Sequence record: LR588166.1 | DNA length: 64,000 nucleotides | Strand: one strand, 5' to 3' | Part shown: positions 48,232-58,307 of the stretch, one piece after another | Position numbering within the stretch: the stretch's first letter is position 1 | Layout: the number at the start of each line of letters is the position of its first letter | Translations under genes and position numbers: made by a program | Notes under the pieces: generated by a model | What the model saw: the letters and a program-made list of their open reading frames with translations, nothing else | Databases searched by the model: none | Told to the model about the DNA's origin: nothing

Positions 48232-48391
48232 AATTTAAATGCTTTTTACAGTTGCTGCAAAGCATGCAAAATAACGCATACGTAAACAGCACAAAACACG
48301 CGCATAATGCGTTGTTTGTGTGCTTTGTGTATACTGCACTACTATGCAAACTAGCATGCAAAATAACGCATTTTTGCAGCTATAACGCTAG
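48232..48391. promoter_or_regulatory. GA/TC/GG/CC-free intergenic tract
   Basis: 160 bp without these dinucleotides. AGCATGCAAAATAACGCAT occurs twice. TG-TATACT at ~48328. Confidence 0.8.
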
Positions 48392-48610
48392 GGGTACGTA
48401 TTCTTACAAATATAATAATTTGCTAGAATGATGTATATTTTTAAATTCTAAATTTAACCTATCTTATAATATACATTACGGAAATGTTACAATTAAAAAT
48501 TTTATTATCTCAGACTTTATGCACATTCAATCTTATAATACTATATTAAATACAAGTAAAAATATATTTATTGATTTGCAAGTAACATTTAACAAACGGA
48601 GTATATTTTA

Positions 48611-48934
48611 ATGGTCTCTGTTAATATACCGTTAATTGTATCTAATAAAATATATAAAATGGAATTTGAATATAGCAAGGATGATGTGTTATATTTGTGT
48701 ATGTATAGTGACAATAATACATATCTACATAATATAATAGTCAATACAGAATTCACTATGCTTTTTGTTCAATGTATGGGTAAAACTATACCACTAGAAT
48801 CAATATTATATATCCAGTCAAATATAAAAACAATAACTGTGACTGATGACTATGGCTGTATAATCCTACATAACGATACATTTTGTTTAGGTACTGGATA
48901 TTTTCAGGAAAAAGTTAAATTTTTTGCAGATTAA
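48611..48934 (+). CDS. Hypothetical protein
   Basis: GGAG RBS. Confidence 0.6.
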   Translation: MVSVNIPLIVSNKIYKMEFEYSKDDVLYLCMYSDNNTYLHNIIVNTEFTMLFVQCMGKTIPLESILYIQSNIKTITVTDDYGCIILHNDTFCLGTGYFQEKVKFFAD

Positions 48935-48936
48935 AT

Positions 48937-49263
48937 ATGAATGAACAAATTATATTATGTTTCCAAGCATGCGTTAATAAATTTTCCTACTTAGGAAACC
49001 CAAAAATAAGATTATTTGGAATAGGTAAAAGTGTCAATATATCTGCACGGAATTATAACAATATGGATATAGGTTCGTTTAGCATTAATATGAAATTTTT
49101 ATTATATATCGATAGTATCCAAGATATCGGAATATATGATGAAAATTTTATATTTTATATATCAATGAATTCAGACGAAATATCATTTTTAGGTTCTACA
49201 GGTACAGCACAAGTAGATACTGAACTTGGAATTACTATATTCTTTACCCGCCCCAAAACATAA
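48937..49263 (+). CDS. Hypothetical protein
   Basis: Colinear ORF. Confidence 0.6.
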   Translation: MNEQIILCFQACVNKFSYLGNPKIRLFGIGKSVNISARNYNNMDIGSFSINMKFLLYIDSIQDIGIYDENFIFYISMNSDEISFLGSTGTAQVDTELGITIFFTRPKT

Positions 49264-49272
49264 TCTTAAATT

Positions 49273-49530
49273 ATGATATTCATTGCACAGCGACTGTTAC
49301 ATAAAATAACATATAATAAAAATGCAATACTGTTCGGTTGTTTTAACAGTGGATATTTTTTAATTAATAGAAAAAGTGGTATTGGATTCTTATTTACAGA
49401 TATATGTATGAAACGAATAAAATGCATTTATTTCATATTATATATTTCGCGTAATACTAATACTATAGGCAAAGATGCAATCTATATTAAAGATTTAGAA
49501 CTACTCAGAGCAATGCACATACTTCGATGA
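49273..49530 (+). CDS. Hypothetical protein (resembles the next ORF)
   Basis: FLFTDI...LYISRNTNTI. Confidence 0.55.
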   Translation: MIFIAQRLLHKITYNKNAILFGCFNSGYFLINRKSGIGFLFTDICMKRIKCIYFILYISRNTNTIGKDAIYIKDLELLRAMHILR

Positions 49531-49835
49531 ATATAAATTTAATACTGATACTTCAACGATGTACGTCTGTAATAGGAGGATTCCAACGCGCCGGCGCGAC
49601 ACTTATTCATATTTATAGTGATTTTAATTTATCTGCTATAATGACGTTATACAAAAGAAGATGCAAATGCATTTTATTTACTGACATTTTGTTTAACGAC
49701 ATTAAAGACGGTTCTATAGATATCATTATCTACATAAGTAAGAATGCAAACCGAATACACTATAACTTTGCCTACATAGAAACATCTGTTACAGATGAAT
49801 CTTCTGTTCCTTTACACGATATGACAGGAATATGA
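49527..49835 (+). CDS. Hypothetical protein (resembles the previous ORF)
   Basis: ILFTDI...IYISKNANRI. Confidence 0.55.
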   Translation: MNINLILILQRCTSVIGGFQRAGATLIHIYSDFNLSAIMTLYKRRCKCILFTDILFNDIKDGSIDIIIYISKNANRIHYNFAYIETSVTDESSVPLHDMTGI

Positions 49836-49842
49836 CAGGAAT

Positions 49843-50328
49843 ATGAATAATCCTATATATAATTTTATACTTGCAAGACGAATATGCAAACGGTATAGAA
49901 TAAAATTTAATCCTTTTGTAAAATTAGATACAGGAAGTTTACAAATAGATAACGCAGATAAAATAACAGTTAGCGTAAATGTATTTAATAGTAATTTTAT
50001 ACCTATATTTTGGCACGAAATAGGGCATTATATTCATCATACATTAGTTAATTATAAAATTTATTTAGATTACTATACTCCTATTTGTCCTACACACGGG
50101 TATCTTTTATATAATAAGACACAAGATTTTTATAAATGTCTTTATTCCGAAATGTTTGCTAGTAGATTTGCACTAAAGGTATGCGGAGCAAAACATAAGA
50201 AATACCTCATAAAATGTTTTCACACATACACTTCTGCTGCATTTAAAACCAACATCGCCAGCCAATCTAAATTTACAAGATTTGTAGATTTTGTAGAAAA
50301 ACTTTCTAGAAAATTAGATAGATATTAA
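49843..50328 (+). CDS. HExxH metallopeptidase-like protein (ImmA/IrrE-like motif layout)
   Basis: FWHEIGHYIH followed by SEMFASRFA. Confidence 0.6.
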   Translation: MNNPIYNFILARRICKRYRIKFNPFVKLDTGSLQIDNADKITVSVNVFNSNFIPIFWHEIGHYIHHTLVNYKIYLDYYTPICPTHGYLLYNKTQDFYKCLYSEMFASRFALKVCGAKHKKYLIKCFHTYTSAAFKTNIASQSKFTRFVDFVEKLSRKLDRY

Positions 50329-50613
50329 TATATGAACACTTATGATTATATAAGACAGAATAACGACAAAATAGTTACATTTGAAACTATATTACATATA
50401 AGCAGTAGAAGTAGAGTTGTAAGACTGCATTACAATTTTAATTATATTTTACAACGAATGTCTCTAATTCTACCAGATAAACGCGGGAACCTGGTAATTA
50501 AATACTTTTATTACCGAAGTGTATGAAATATATTTCGTGTATATTATATAACTTTCTGTTCACTACTTATATAAAAGTACATTCCAAAAATATTGTAAAT
50601 ATAGTATAGTTTT

Positions 50614-50829
50614 CATATAAAAGTATGCGTATAATTTGCACATATAACGCAATAACACAGCAACAAACAAAACGTAATAAAAAATGTTGCAATAGCTTAA
50701 AAGTTTTAGTATAATAAGCACATAACAACGCAATACAGTTTACAAACAAAACGTAATAAAAAATGTTGCAATAGCTTAAAAGTTTTAGTATAATAAGCGT
50801 ATAATGCAGCATAGCTAACAAGTTAAAAC
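50614..50829 (+). promoter_or_regulatory. GA/TC/GG/CC-free tract with tandem duplicated promoters for the tRNA cluster
   Basis: 216 bp free of these dinucleotides. 57-bp direct repeat (50663-50719, 50742-50798), each copy with TTGCAA-17-TATAAT. Confidence 0.85.
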
Positions 50830-50906
50830 CCCTCGGTAGCTCAGTTGGTTAGAGCGCGCGACTCATAATCGCTAGGTCACTGGTTCGAATCCAGTTCGAG
50901 GGACCA
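50830..50906 (+). tRNA. tRNA with CAT anticodon, Ile2 (lysidine)-like, copy 1
   Basis: Cloverleaf with CCA. Anticodon arm GCGA-CTCATAA-TCGC resembles bacterial tRNA-Ile2. Elongator Met is not excluded. Confidence 0.9.
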
Positions 50907-50928
50907 ATTTTAAGATGTTGTGCTTTTA

Positions 50929-51013
50929 GCCCGAGTGGTGAAATTGGTAGACACAGGAGACTTAAAATCTCCCGCTTCGCAGCGTACCGGTTCGAGTCCG
51001 GTCTCGGGTACCA
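50929..51013 (+). tRNA. tRNA-Leu(TAA), copy 1
   Basis: GGAGA-CTTAAAA-TCTCC, long variable arm, CCA. Confidence 0.95.
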
Positions 51014-51063
51014 AACAAAAGATATAAATACTTAACAAGATAGGAAACTATTCTAAAATTAAA

Positions 51064-51139
51064 TGGCTAGTAGCTCAGTTGGTAGAGCAAATGACTGTTA
51101 ATCATTGGGTCGTAGGTTCGAGTCCTACCTAGCCAGCCA
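51064..51139 (+). tRNA. tRNA-Asn(GTT)
   Basis: AATGA-CTGTTAA-TCATT, G73, CCA. Confidence 0.95.
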
Positions 51140-51165
51140 ATTACACTTTGTTGTATATTCAATAT

Positions 51166-51241
<76 letters not shown>

Positions 51242-51310
51242 ATTTTAAATAACAGTTGTATCTAAAGAGATACAATAGTCTAAATAAAATATTCATATAA
51301 TGTTTCAAAC

Positions 51311-51387
51311 GGGACTTTAGCTCAGTTGGTTAGAGCGCGCGACTCATAATCGCTAGGTCACTGGTTCGAATCCAGTAAGTCCCACCA
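51311..51387 (+). tRNA. tRNA with CAT anticodon, Ile2 (lysidine)-like, copy 2
   Basis: Identical to copy 1 except the acceptor stem (GGGACTT/AAGTCCC), CCA. Confidence 0.9.
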
Positions 51388-51437
51388 ATTTTTATATACA
51401 AATCAAACTATACTTAAACTATATAATGAATGAATAT

Positions 51438-51522
51438 GCCCGGTTGGTGAAATCGGTAGACACAGGAGACTTAAAATCTCCCGACGAAAGTCGTGCCAGT
51501 TCGAGTCTGGCACCGGGCACCA
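51438..51522 (+). tRNA. tRNA-Leu(TAA), copy 2
   Basis: Same anticodon arm as copy 1, CCA. Confidence 0.95.
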
Positions 51523-52388
51523 AACCCCTAAAAAAGGAACATATTATAGTATGTTCCTTTTTTATTATGATATTTTTATTATGAATGAAATAATGCATAT
51601 ATCTGCCAACACATACGTAATAGAATATCGCGTATTAAACAAGTTAGTAGTTACTATAAAAGATAATAGATCTTTCACATTATGGATACATTTTGATATC
51701 GGTGCATTTTCTATAGCATGGAAATACAATGCAATATAGAATTAAAAAATGAAATACATTATTAATTTACAATACTCAACAGAAGTAATATACATGCCTT
51801 GTTTCAACATATTATCGCTATGCGATAATAGATCTGTTACTATCCTTTCTATTACTATGATATTTAAGATAAGATATTATTTGCATCCGATGTACCGTTA
51901 TATTCTATAATACATAATATTTTTATTGTAACAAATACCAGAAGTGCTTAGATAATATATAGCAATTCTGTTTATTATCGATATTATGGTATACTTAGTA
52001 TTCTTATTAACCTTATTACATAGAATAAAGAATGGAAAAAATTTTAACTATTTCGCATAAAACATTGATATGTGAACTGTCGTTATTAAAATGGTCGAAA
52101 TCCATAGTTTGTGTTTATTCTGGCGAAATAGTATGGTATGCTCGGCTAGATAAGAACTGTTATGTTGTACGGATAAGATGATGATAATGAACTGTATTTT
52201 TTCCTATTCGTATTATTTAGAACGCATCGTATGTCATGCAAAAATCTACAAAGGGTTTGTAGTCAGTAAAAATACTTTTTGTGAGAAATCCGTAATAGCT
52301 TTATACTTAATAAATAGTGGTAGTTATTTTCATAAATGTTACGTCGATCATTACTTAATTGTATAGATATATATTTTAATAAAAATAG

Positions 52389-52417
52389 TTGACCGAACAA
52401 ACAAAACAGTATATAAT
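52389..52417 (+). promoter_or_regulatory. Sigma70-type promoter for tRNA-Arg
   Basis: TTGACC-17 nt-TATAAT. Confidence 0.7.
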
Positions 52418-52468
52418 GTTACGCATACAAAGCATTATTACAAAGCTATCATTAGTTGCACAAGATAT

Positions 52469-52545
52469 GCGCTCGTAGCTCAGCTGGATAGAGCATCCGC
52501 CTTCTAAGCGGATGGTCGGGGGTTCGAATCCCTCCGGGCGCGCCA
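52469..52545 (+). tRNA. tRNA-Arg(TCT)
   Basis: TCCGC-CTTCTAA-GCGGA, CCA. Confidence 0.95.
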
Positions 52546-53084
52546 ATTTTAAAGAGTGTTGTGTTATGCAAACAATAAGATTTGACATAAGACTTCTTCG
52601 TTATAGTATGAAACAAGGTTTCTGTTGTATAGGTAAAGATATATTTGAAGTGTGCAGAAAAACTCGGATCAGTCCAGGTCAGCTAAACTTACGAAAAAAT
52701 TATATAGGACGAGTATTAATCGGAATTGATTCGAACTATAATCTGCACAATACCTGTTTAGTAGGCTGGACTCGGTATAAAAATATTATAGTATAAAAAT
52801 TTATATTAATAATATGAATAGATGCAAAGAACATCTACAATACAGAACAATCAAAAAGCATACATCGACTTGTAGGAAATGCAAAGAGTTATCGTTACAA
52901 ATAAAATTATTTTGGCTTCAACAACAAGCATTCAGTATTAGAACCGATACTAGCGGAATATACATATTCGATATTAAATATAATTCTATTTACGTATACT
53001 CTGTAGCTTGGTATAATACAGAATTATACGGTAAAGGGAAAATAATTTTAGAATAAACATGTATATATAAGAGTACCTCAAATA

Positions 53085-53417
53085 ATGAATAATTATTCTA
53101 ATGATACAGATATTCTAAAATGGATAAAGCGTAACAATAGAAAAAATGCACGTCTAATTTCATATATAGACGGAATATATAATATTGTTTATTTTGATGG
53201 CGGAAAAGCAAGAGTTGGCATAGTAAAAGACAATATGCACTGCAGATACGGAATACATAGTCGTGGATCTATGTATTCGAAAGATATAATGAGCCTGTGG
53301 CAATCTAGTACAGGTTCGTGTTCGCCTGATGATGTAAAGATTATGCAAGATTATCTAGACGATAAATGTATGCTTCCGGAATTTGATTTTTCTCAGATTA
53401 AAAATTTAAAATGGTAA
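53085..53417 (+). CDS. Hypothetical protein
   Basis: 110-aa ORF. Confidence 0.7.
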   Translation: MNNYSNDTDILKWIKRNNRKNARLISYIDGIYNIVYFDGGKARVGIVKDNMHCRYGIHSRGSMYSKDIMSLWQSSTGSCSPDDVKIMQDYLDDKCMLPEFDFSQIKNLKW

Positions 53418-53440
53418 ATAATATAACAATATAGTTTTAT

Positions 53441-53517
53441 CGCAGGGTATGCAAGAGGTCTAAGCAGAAAGGCTCATAACCTTTTTATCGTGGGTTCGAA
53501 TCCCACCCCTGCAACCA
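53441..53517 (+). tRNA. Initiator-type tRNA-fMet(CAT)
   Basis: C1:A72 mismatch, AAAGG-CTCATAA-CCTTT, CCA. Confidence 0.88.
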
Positions 53518-53526
53518 GTTTTATAT

Positions 53527-53603
53527 CTAGGCATAGCTCAAGTAGGTAGAGCACTTGCTTTGGGAGCAAGAGGTTGGGGATTCGAGGTCTCCTGCCTAGA
53601 CCA
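53527..53603 (+). tRNA. tRNA-Pro(TGG)
   Basis: CTTGC-TTTGGGA-GCAAG, CCA. Confidence 0.9.
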
Positions 53604-53612
53604 ATTTACTAT

Positions 53613-53685
53613 GCAGTCCTAGCTCAATTGGTAGAGCACTGTCCTTCCAAGTCAGATGTTACGGGTTCGAGTCCCGTGGGCTGCT
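53613..53685 (+). tRNA. tRNA-Gly(TCC), no encoded CCA
   Basis: CTGTC-CTTCCAA-GTCAG with one T:T mismatch, ends T-CAA. Confidence 0.85.
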
Positions 53686-54430
53686 CAATATTCTAATATA
53701 ATTGATTGGTATATCTAATCGATGATTCATGTAGTGGATAAATATGGAAGTATAGTTATACCATCTAATATAACGGTGCTGGAAATACAGGCATACACAA
53801 CAGAGTTATTGTATGTAAGAAAATCTCATTGTTTATGTTTATACATTCCTAATATAGGAAATTATGCTTTATGGTTTTTAGACAGATAGGATAAAAATAT
53901 AAATTGTTCTGTTTAAGGAACCAACATTAAATGGCAGGTTGCATATTTAGGCTCGATTTGTCTATTTTTCGTGAAAATGTATATAGTATTTCTAGGTTGT
54001 CTTATACAAAATCTATATGTGTTTCAATAAAAACTAAACCGACAAGCAATAGAAGACAATTAGAAATATATGTTGTAGATAAAACAACTGATTTTTTAAT
54101 TGCATGCAAATATTTTTAGCTTATCTATTATTTTATAAATTGACTTACCTTTAAATAACCATTATATATCTGTTATAATAACTATTCTAAATAGAAATAA
54201 AACCATAAATACACATAATAACGGTGTGGATTTATGGAAAACATATTTAGGATATCTATTAATGCTAACGAAGGTATTATACGAATATCCCCTACTTACT
54301 TTTTTAATGGTGTTTTTTATTCAAAGCATTTGAATATTTTTATAATAGATCCCGACGGATATTTAATAAGAAAAATATATACTTGTAGTACATTCTTATG
54401 ATGATTTCTTTTAAATATACAAAATAGCAT

Positions 54431-54459
54431 TTGACACAAGTATAATTATTTCGTATAAT
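54431..54459 (+). promoter_or_regulatory. Consensus sigma70 promoter
   Basis: TTGACA-17 nt-TATAAT. Confidence 0.8.
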
Positions 54460-54490
54460 AAGTGTATAAAATAACAAAAGAGAATTTTAA

Positions 54491-54850
54491 ATGATTTCCA
54501 AAATTCAAATTGTATACGGAATATATCTTCCTACTGCCGATGCAAAAATTATATACGAAGACTTGGAATACGAATCTAATAAAATAAATAAAAATATTAG
54601 ATTATTTGCAAATGATGCATATTTAGAAGATAAGATTTTAGAAAATAAGGAATTCGAAGATAATCCCTATGTTCCGCACTTTTATGGTATCTTTTGTAAA
54701 GAATTCGATAATGACCAAAGTGCATACTTATATAATGTTCCTAAATCTTTTATAGATGAATATAATAATGTAGCTCCAGCTATTTTAGCTAGACTTGGTT
54801 ATTTAGATAGAGTTGCAGGAAAACAACATTGTAGAATAATTTACGAATAG
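54491..54850 (+). CDS. Hypothetical protein
   Basis: ORF downstream of the consensus promoter. Confidence 0.75.
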   Translation: MISKIQIVYGIYLPTADAKIIYEDLEYESNKINKNIRLFANDAYLEDKILENKEFEDNPYVPHFYGIFCKEFDNDQSAYLYNVPKSFIDEYNNVAPAILARLGYLDRVAGKQHCRIIYE

Positions 54851-54864
54851 AATTAACTAGTTTT

Positions 54865-54954
54865 GGAGAGGTGATAGAGTCTGGTTTATTATACTAGTCT
54901 TGAAAACTAGCGGATCGAAAGGTCCCGTGGGTTCGAATCCCACCCTCTCCGCCA
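54865..54954 (+). tRNA. tRNA-Ser(TGA)
   Basis: CTAGT-CTTGAAA-ACTAG, long variable arm, G73, CCA. Confidence 0.93.
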
Positions 54955-54959
54955 AATAT

Positions 54960-55049
54960 AGATACTTGACCGAGTGGCTTAAGGTGCTTCCCTGCTAAGG
55001 AAGTGAGTTTGAAAAAGCTCCGTAGGTTCGAATCCTACAGTATCTGCCA
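54960..55049 (+). tRNA. tRNA-Ser(GCT)
   Basis: CTTCC-CTGCTAA-GGAAG, long variable arm, G73, CCA. Confidence 0.93.
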
Positions 55050-55052
55050 ACA

Positions 55053-55080
55053 CAAAAGCGGAACAATTGTTCCGCTTTTT
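55053..55080 (+). terminator. Terminator after the tRNA-Ser pair
   Basis: AAAAGCGGAAC-aatt-GTTCCGCTTTT. Confidence 0.8.
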
Positions 55081-55390
55081 ATTAACCTAATAAATGTTAT
55101 TTTATAATGTTACTCATTATAAAACATATCTTATAATACTAGTTTTGAAATTTCTAAAATAATTTGTAATAATATTAGTTTAGGTATTATATAGAAAAAG
55201 ATTACTAGACAAAGTATTATTGCAGATGTCAAATGCAATCAACTATTATCTAATTTAGCAAAATCAGAAAATACTCATTTAAATCAGTATAGTATTACAT
55301 TCTGGTATTTTCCATTAAAACAATAAATTTACAATTTTATTAATACACAGAGTATAGTATATTAAATATAAATCACACGAGGTCACAGTT

Positions 55391-55606
55391 ATGAACAAAC
55401 ATTTCGATATAATTGCCGAACTCGAATATCCTACTTATACTGTACAAGTAAGGAAATATCGCGACGATGGTAGATATGAGGTTGGCCAACAACCTAACGA
55501 GGGCGAGTATGTTGCACGCCACGAAAATTGCACTGCCGACGACGCCATCCGCGTACTATCTCACTACTGCACAGCAGCCCTTTATAAAATAAAGAAACAA
55601 TACTAA
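55391..55606 (+). CDS. Hypothetical protein
   Basis: GAGGT RBS. Confidence 0.75.
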   Translation: MNKHFDIIAELEYPTYTVQVRKYRDDGRYEVGQQPNEGEYVARHENCTADDAIRVLSHYCTAALYKIKKQY

Positions 55607-55610
55607 TTAA

Positions 55611-56591
55611 ATGAGAATATTTGTTATGTGTACAGATGCCGGTCCTTCGCCGGCATTTTGGCAAGAACCAAACTGTGGAATAACCTATGACACTAAAGAT
55701 GCGTATGGCGATTTCAGTGTTAATGACATATTCAAAGTATTAGTAAAAAAAGTAAACATAGTGTTATGTGCGAATGTATCCAACTACGAGATATTAAGCT
55801 ATTCTAGGTTCTTAAAATCATGCACATAACTAAACTATGTTCCATGTATCAATATCTCGAAATCATCATGGAACATCTGCAGGACAAAACAACATCAATT
55901 ATAATTAGATTCGAAGTACCGACAGAGTATGGTAGTATTTCATCTTTCATATTTCATTTTAAAATACATAAGAAAACAACTAAAATAACTAATAATCTAA
56001 ATGATTATTCTAATAGAATAAATCATTTACATAACAGTTATATCAGATGGATTAATAATCCAAGAATGAAACTTTATAAATGATAAACATATTTAAAATA
56101 CAGATGCACTTAGCACATATGATATATTATCATTTATCTATATATACTATAGATTCATCATCATCACCCATCGTTTTTATTAATTTAAATAATCCTAAAC
56201 CCATATGGAACAGTCATTATGAAATTAAAGAGTATAATGAATGAACTTTGAGTATGTATTTAAATTAATCAATCTACTAAAAGTTTCTAGTTCGATAGAA
56301 CGTATTTCGTTATCTAAATTTTATAACGACTACGGCGTATATATAGAATACAAAAATAATAAAAAACTGCATCGCTTGTTAGACCATAATATTACTAGTC
56401 CAATCAACATCATAGAAGAAGAACTAGAACGCATAATTAGAATTTCTGCATCTAATGTGAAAATATCACCAGTGTACAATCGTGCTACCCAGGCAGAAAT
56501 ATTAAATATGTGGATAAATTATACATTAATTTGGCGAAGAACATTTTATTCCAGTGCATATACAATGCAACCGTATTTGAAGGTAAAGTAA
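55611..56591 (+). other. Run of small hypothetical ORFs (55611-55829, 55820-56083, 56241-56591)
   Basis: Colinear, overlapping starts and stops, no recognisable motifs. Confidence 0.5.
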
Positions 56592-56771
56592 ATGACAATA
56601 GACGAATTTCTAGAACAATTAGATTGTGCATGTACTGATGGCAATTGTATATTTCGCCCATCGCATTGGAAAGGAATAGTAACTAACGGCGGTTGTAAGT
56701 GTCTGTCAGACAGAAATAAACACACCAATGTACTGAGGTATATTAATTTCTTAAAATCTAAAATAAAATGA
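56592..56771 (+). CDS. Small Cys-rich protein (59 aa, absent from the ORF track)
   Basis: GAAGGT RBS, MTIDEFLEQLDCACTDGNC...TNGGCKCLS. Confidence 0.7.
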   Translation: MTIDEFLEQLDCACTDGNCIFRPSHWKGIVTNGGCKCLSDRNKHTNVLRYINFLKSKIK

Positions 56772-56982
56772 TAGATTACATCTTTAAATTAAGTTCCTAT
56801 TGTTTAATTTTTATAGATTCATCACGCCATTATGGTGTACACTACGATCTGGCAGAATATTTTTCAGACGGTTCTATATGGTATAAATGGTCTTATGAGA
56901 CCACTTCGCACAACGATACTCAGTATAATAAAGGAAAATACACAAAAAGTTTTATATACTTAATGGAAGGAAAATATTCAGC

Positions 56983-57501
56983 ATGAAAGGGTATGATTTA
57001 ATTAAAGAATATTATGGTACCCGGGTTGCTAAACGTTCCGGGATTCCGTTAATGAACCATATAGATGAAGGTCTAAAAATTTTAGATACAATAAATTCTT
57101 CATACGAAGTAAAAGAAGCATTTTGTTTACATCCTTTGCTCCAAAATAACGAAGAATTTGAAAATAACTATGATTTAGTAGTAAGCACAGGCGGTCTGGT
57201 AACAAAAAGTATTCTTCTTGCTATGGAATATAGACATAAAGCAAATACATATTTGTGTAAAAAAGAAACAGATCATTGGACAGTTGAATATGCATCTAAA
57301 AAAATAGGTCATATTATTCATCCTGTAAAAGAAATGCTAATAGCAGATAAGGTTCAAAATTTCAAAGATTTTAAAATATATCATAAAGACACCCACAAAA
57401 GATCTCATCAATTATCTAAATATTTTAAAAATTGGTTAACAATCTTAGAAATATCCGACGCTGACGCCAAAGATTTAGAACAAGTGTGTTATAAAGATTA
57501 A
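56983..57501 (+). CDS. Hypothetical protein, weak HD-domain resemblance
   Basis: NHIDEG...LHPL...ADKVQN. Confidence 0.6.
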   Translation: MKGYDLIKEYYGTRVAKRSGIPLMNHIDEGLKILDTINSSYEVKEAFCLHPLLQNNEEFENNYDLVVSTGGLVTKSILLAMEYRHKANTYLCKKETDHWTVEYASKKIGHIIHPVKEMLIADKVQNFKDFKIYHKDTHKRSHQLSKYFKNWLTILEISDADAKDLEQVCYKD

Positions 57502-57562
57502 CACACATTAGATTTATAAATGCAATGCCACTAAATATCTTTAATTATGTAGGAGATATATT

Positions 57563-58201
57563 ATGTGGCAACAGCGTTGGGCATTAGTTGGAGACTCTAT
57601 CCAAGCATGGGTATTAGAAAATAGTAATAGTGGTATTATTCCGAGGGCAGATAAACTCACTGCATCTATGATACCGTTTAAAGTAAACGCATCTATACAG
57701 AACGTGTCTGTCCCGGGTATGCGTTTAGCAAAAGGAACTGATCCTAGTGATCCGTTTGATATTTCTTCATTAAGCAAATTACATGGATTTTTCGGTTTAA
57801 ACGGAGTTGTGTGTACATTAGGTACAAACGACTACGGAAGTCCATACGTAACTACAGTCGATTATTTTTATGCTTTAACTGATTTTTTGAATGCAGCAAT
57901 ATCGTTAACTATACCTGTTGTAATTGTTTCGCCTATATGGCGACAAGATAAGGATACATCTGTGTTAAAATACGACGGAACGACTAATGTACTTGCAGAT
58001 TTTCAAAATACAGCACAATGGGTTACTTCACTTGTTTCTGCTAATAATAGTAATGTCTATTTTATAGATGGGAAACAAGCACCTGTCCAAAATGCAACAT
58101 ATTTTGGTGATGGATTGCATTTAAATGCTGCCGGACATGCTAAATTTTGCACATGGTTAGTAAATGAAATGAAATCTAAAAATCTTTGGCAACAATATTA
58201 A
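57563..58201 (+). CDS. SGNH/GDSL hydrolase (esterase)
   Basis: Block I LVGDS, block III LGTND, block V DGLHLNAAGH. CTAAATA upstream. Confidence 0.88.
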   Translation: MWQQRWALVGDSIQAWVLENSNSGIIPRADKLTASMIPFKVNASIQNVSVPGMRLAKGTDPSDPFDISSLSKLHGFFGLNGVVCTLGTNDYGSPYVTTVDYFYALTDFLNAAISLTIPVVIVSPIWRQDKDTSVLKYDGTTNVLADFQNTAQWVTSLVSANNSNVYFIDGKQAPVQNATYFGDGLHLNAAGHAKFCTWLVNEMKSKNLWQQY

Positions 58202-58236
58202 TAAAACATTGCCCGCTAATGCGGGCAATGTTTTAT
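58201..58236. terminator. Bidirectional terminator
   Basis: ATAAAACATTGCCCGC-taat-GCGGGCAATGTTTTAT. Confidence 0.85.
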
Positions 58237-58307
58237 TGTATTTTTATTTTTCTTATGCTATTATACAAATAATAAATAATGGACGTTTAATAACAAGGAA
58301 ATGTTTT

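Noticed and set aside
48195-48431. ORFs spanning the G-purine-free tracts (also 50567-50821, 60330-60629, 46626-46892)
   Set aside because: Translations are Ala/Cys/Thr/Asn-skewed by-products of the dinucleotide bias, lack RBSs and overlap promoters. A shorter internal gene near 60434 is not excluded.
50663-50798. CRISPR-like array
   Set aside because: Only two 57-bp copies, each a promoter. I found no repeat-spacer array with three or more units and no cas genes in the window.
54865-54954. Suppressor tRNA or stop-codon reassignment
   Set aside because: Anticodon TGA reads TCA (Ser), not a stop. Conserved genes end normally at TAA, TAG or TGA and are not interrupted under code 11.
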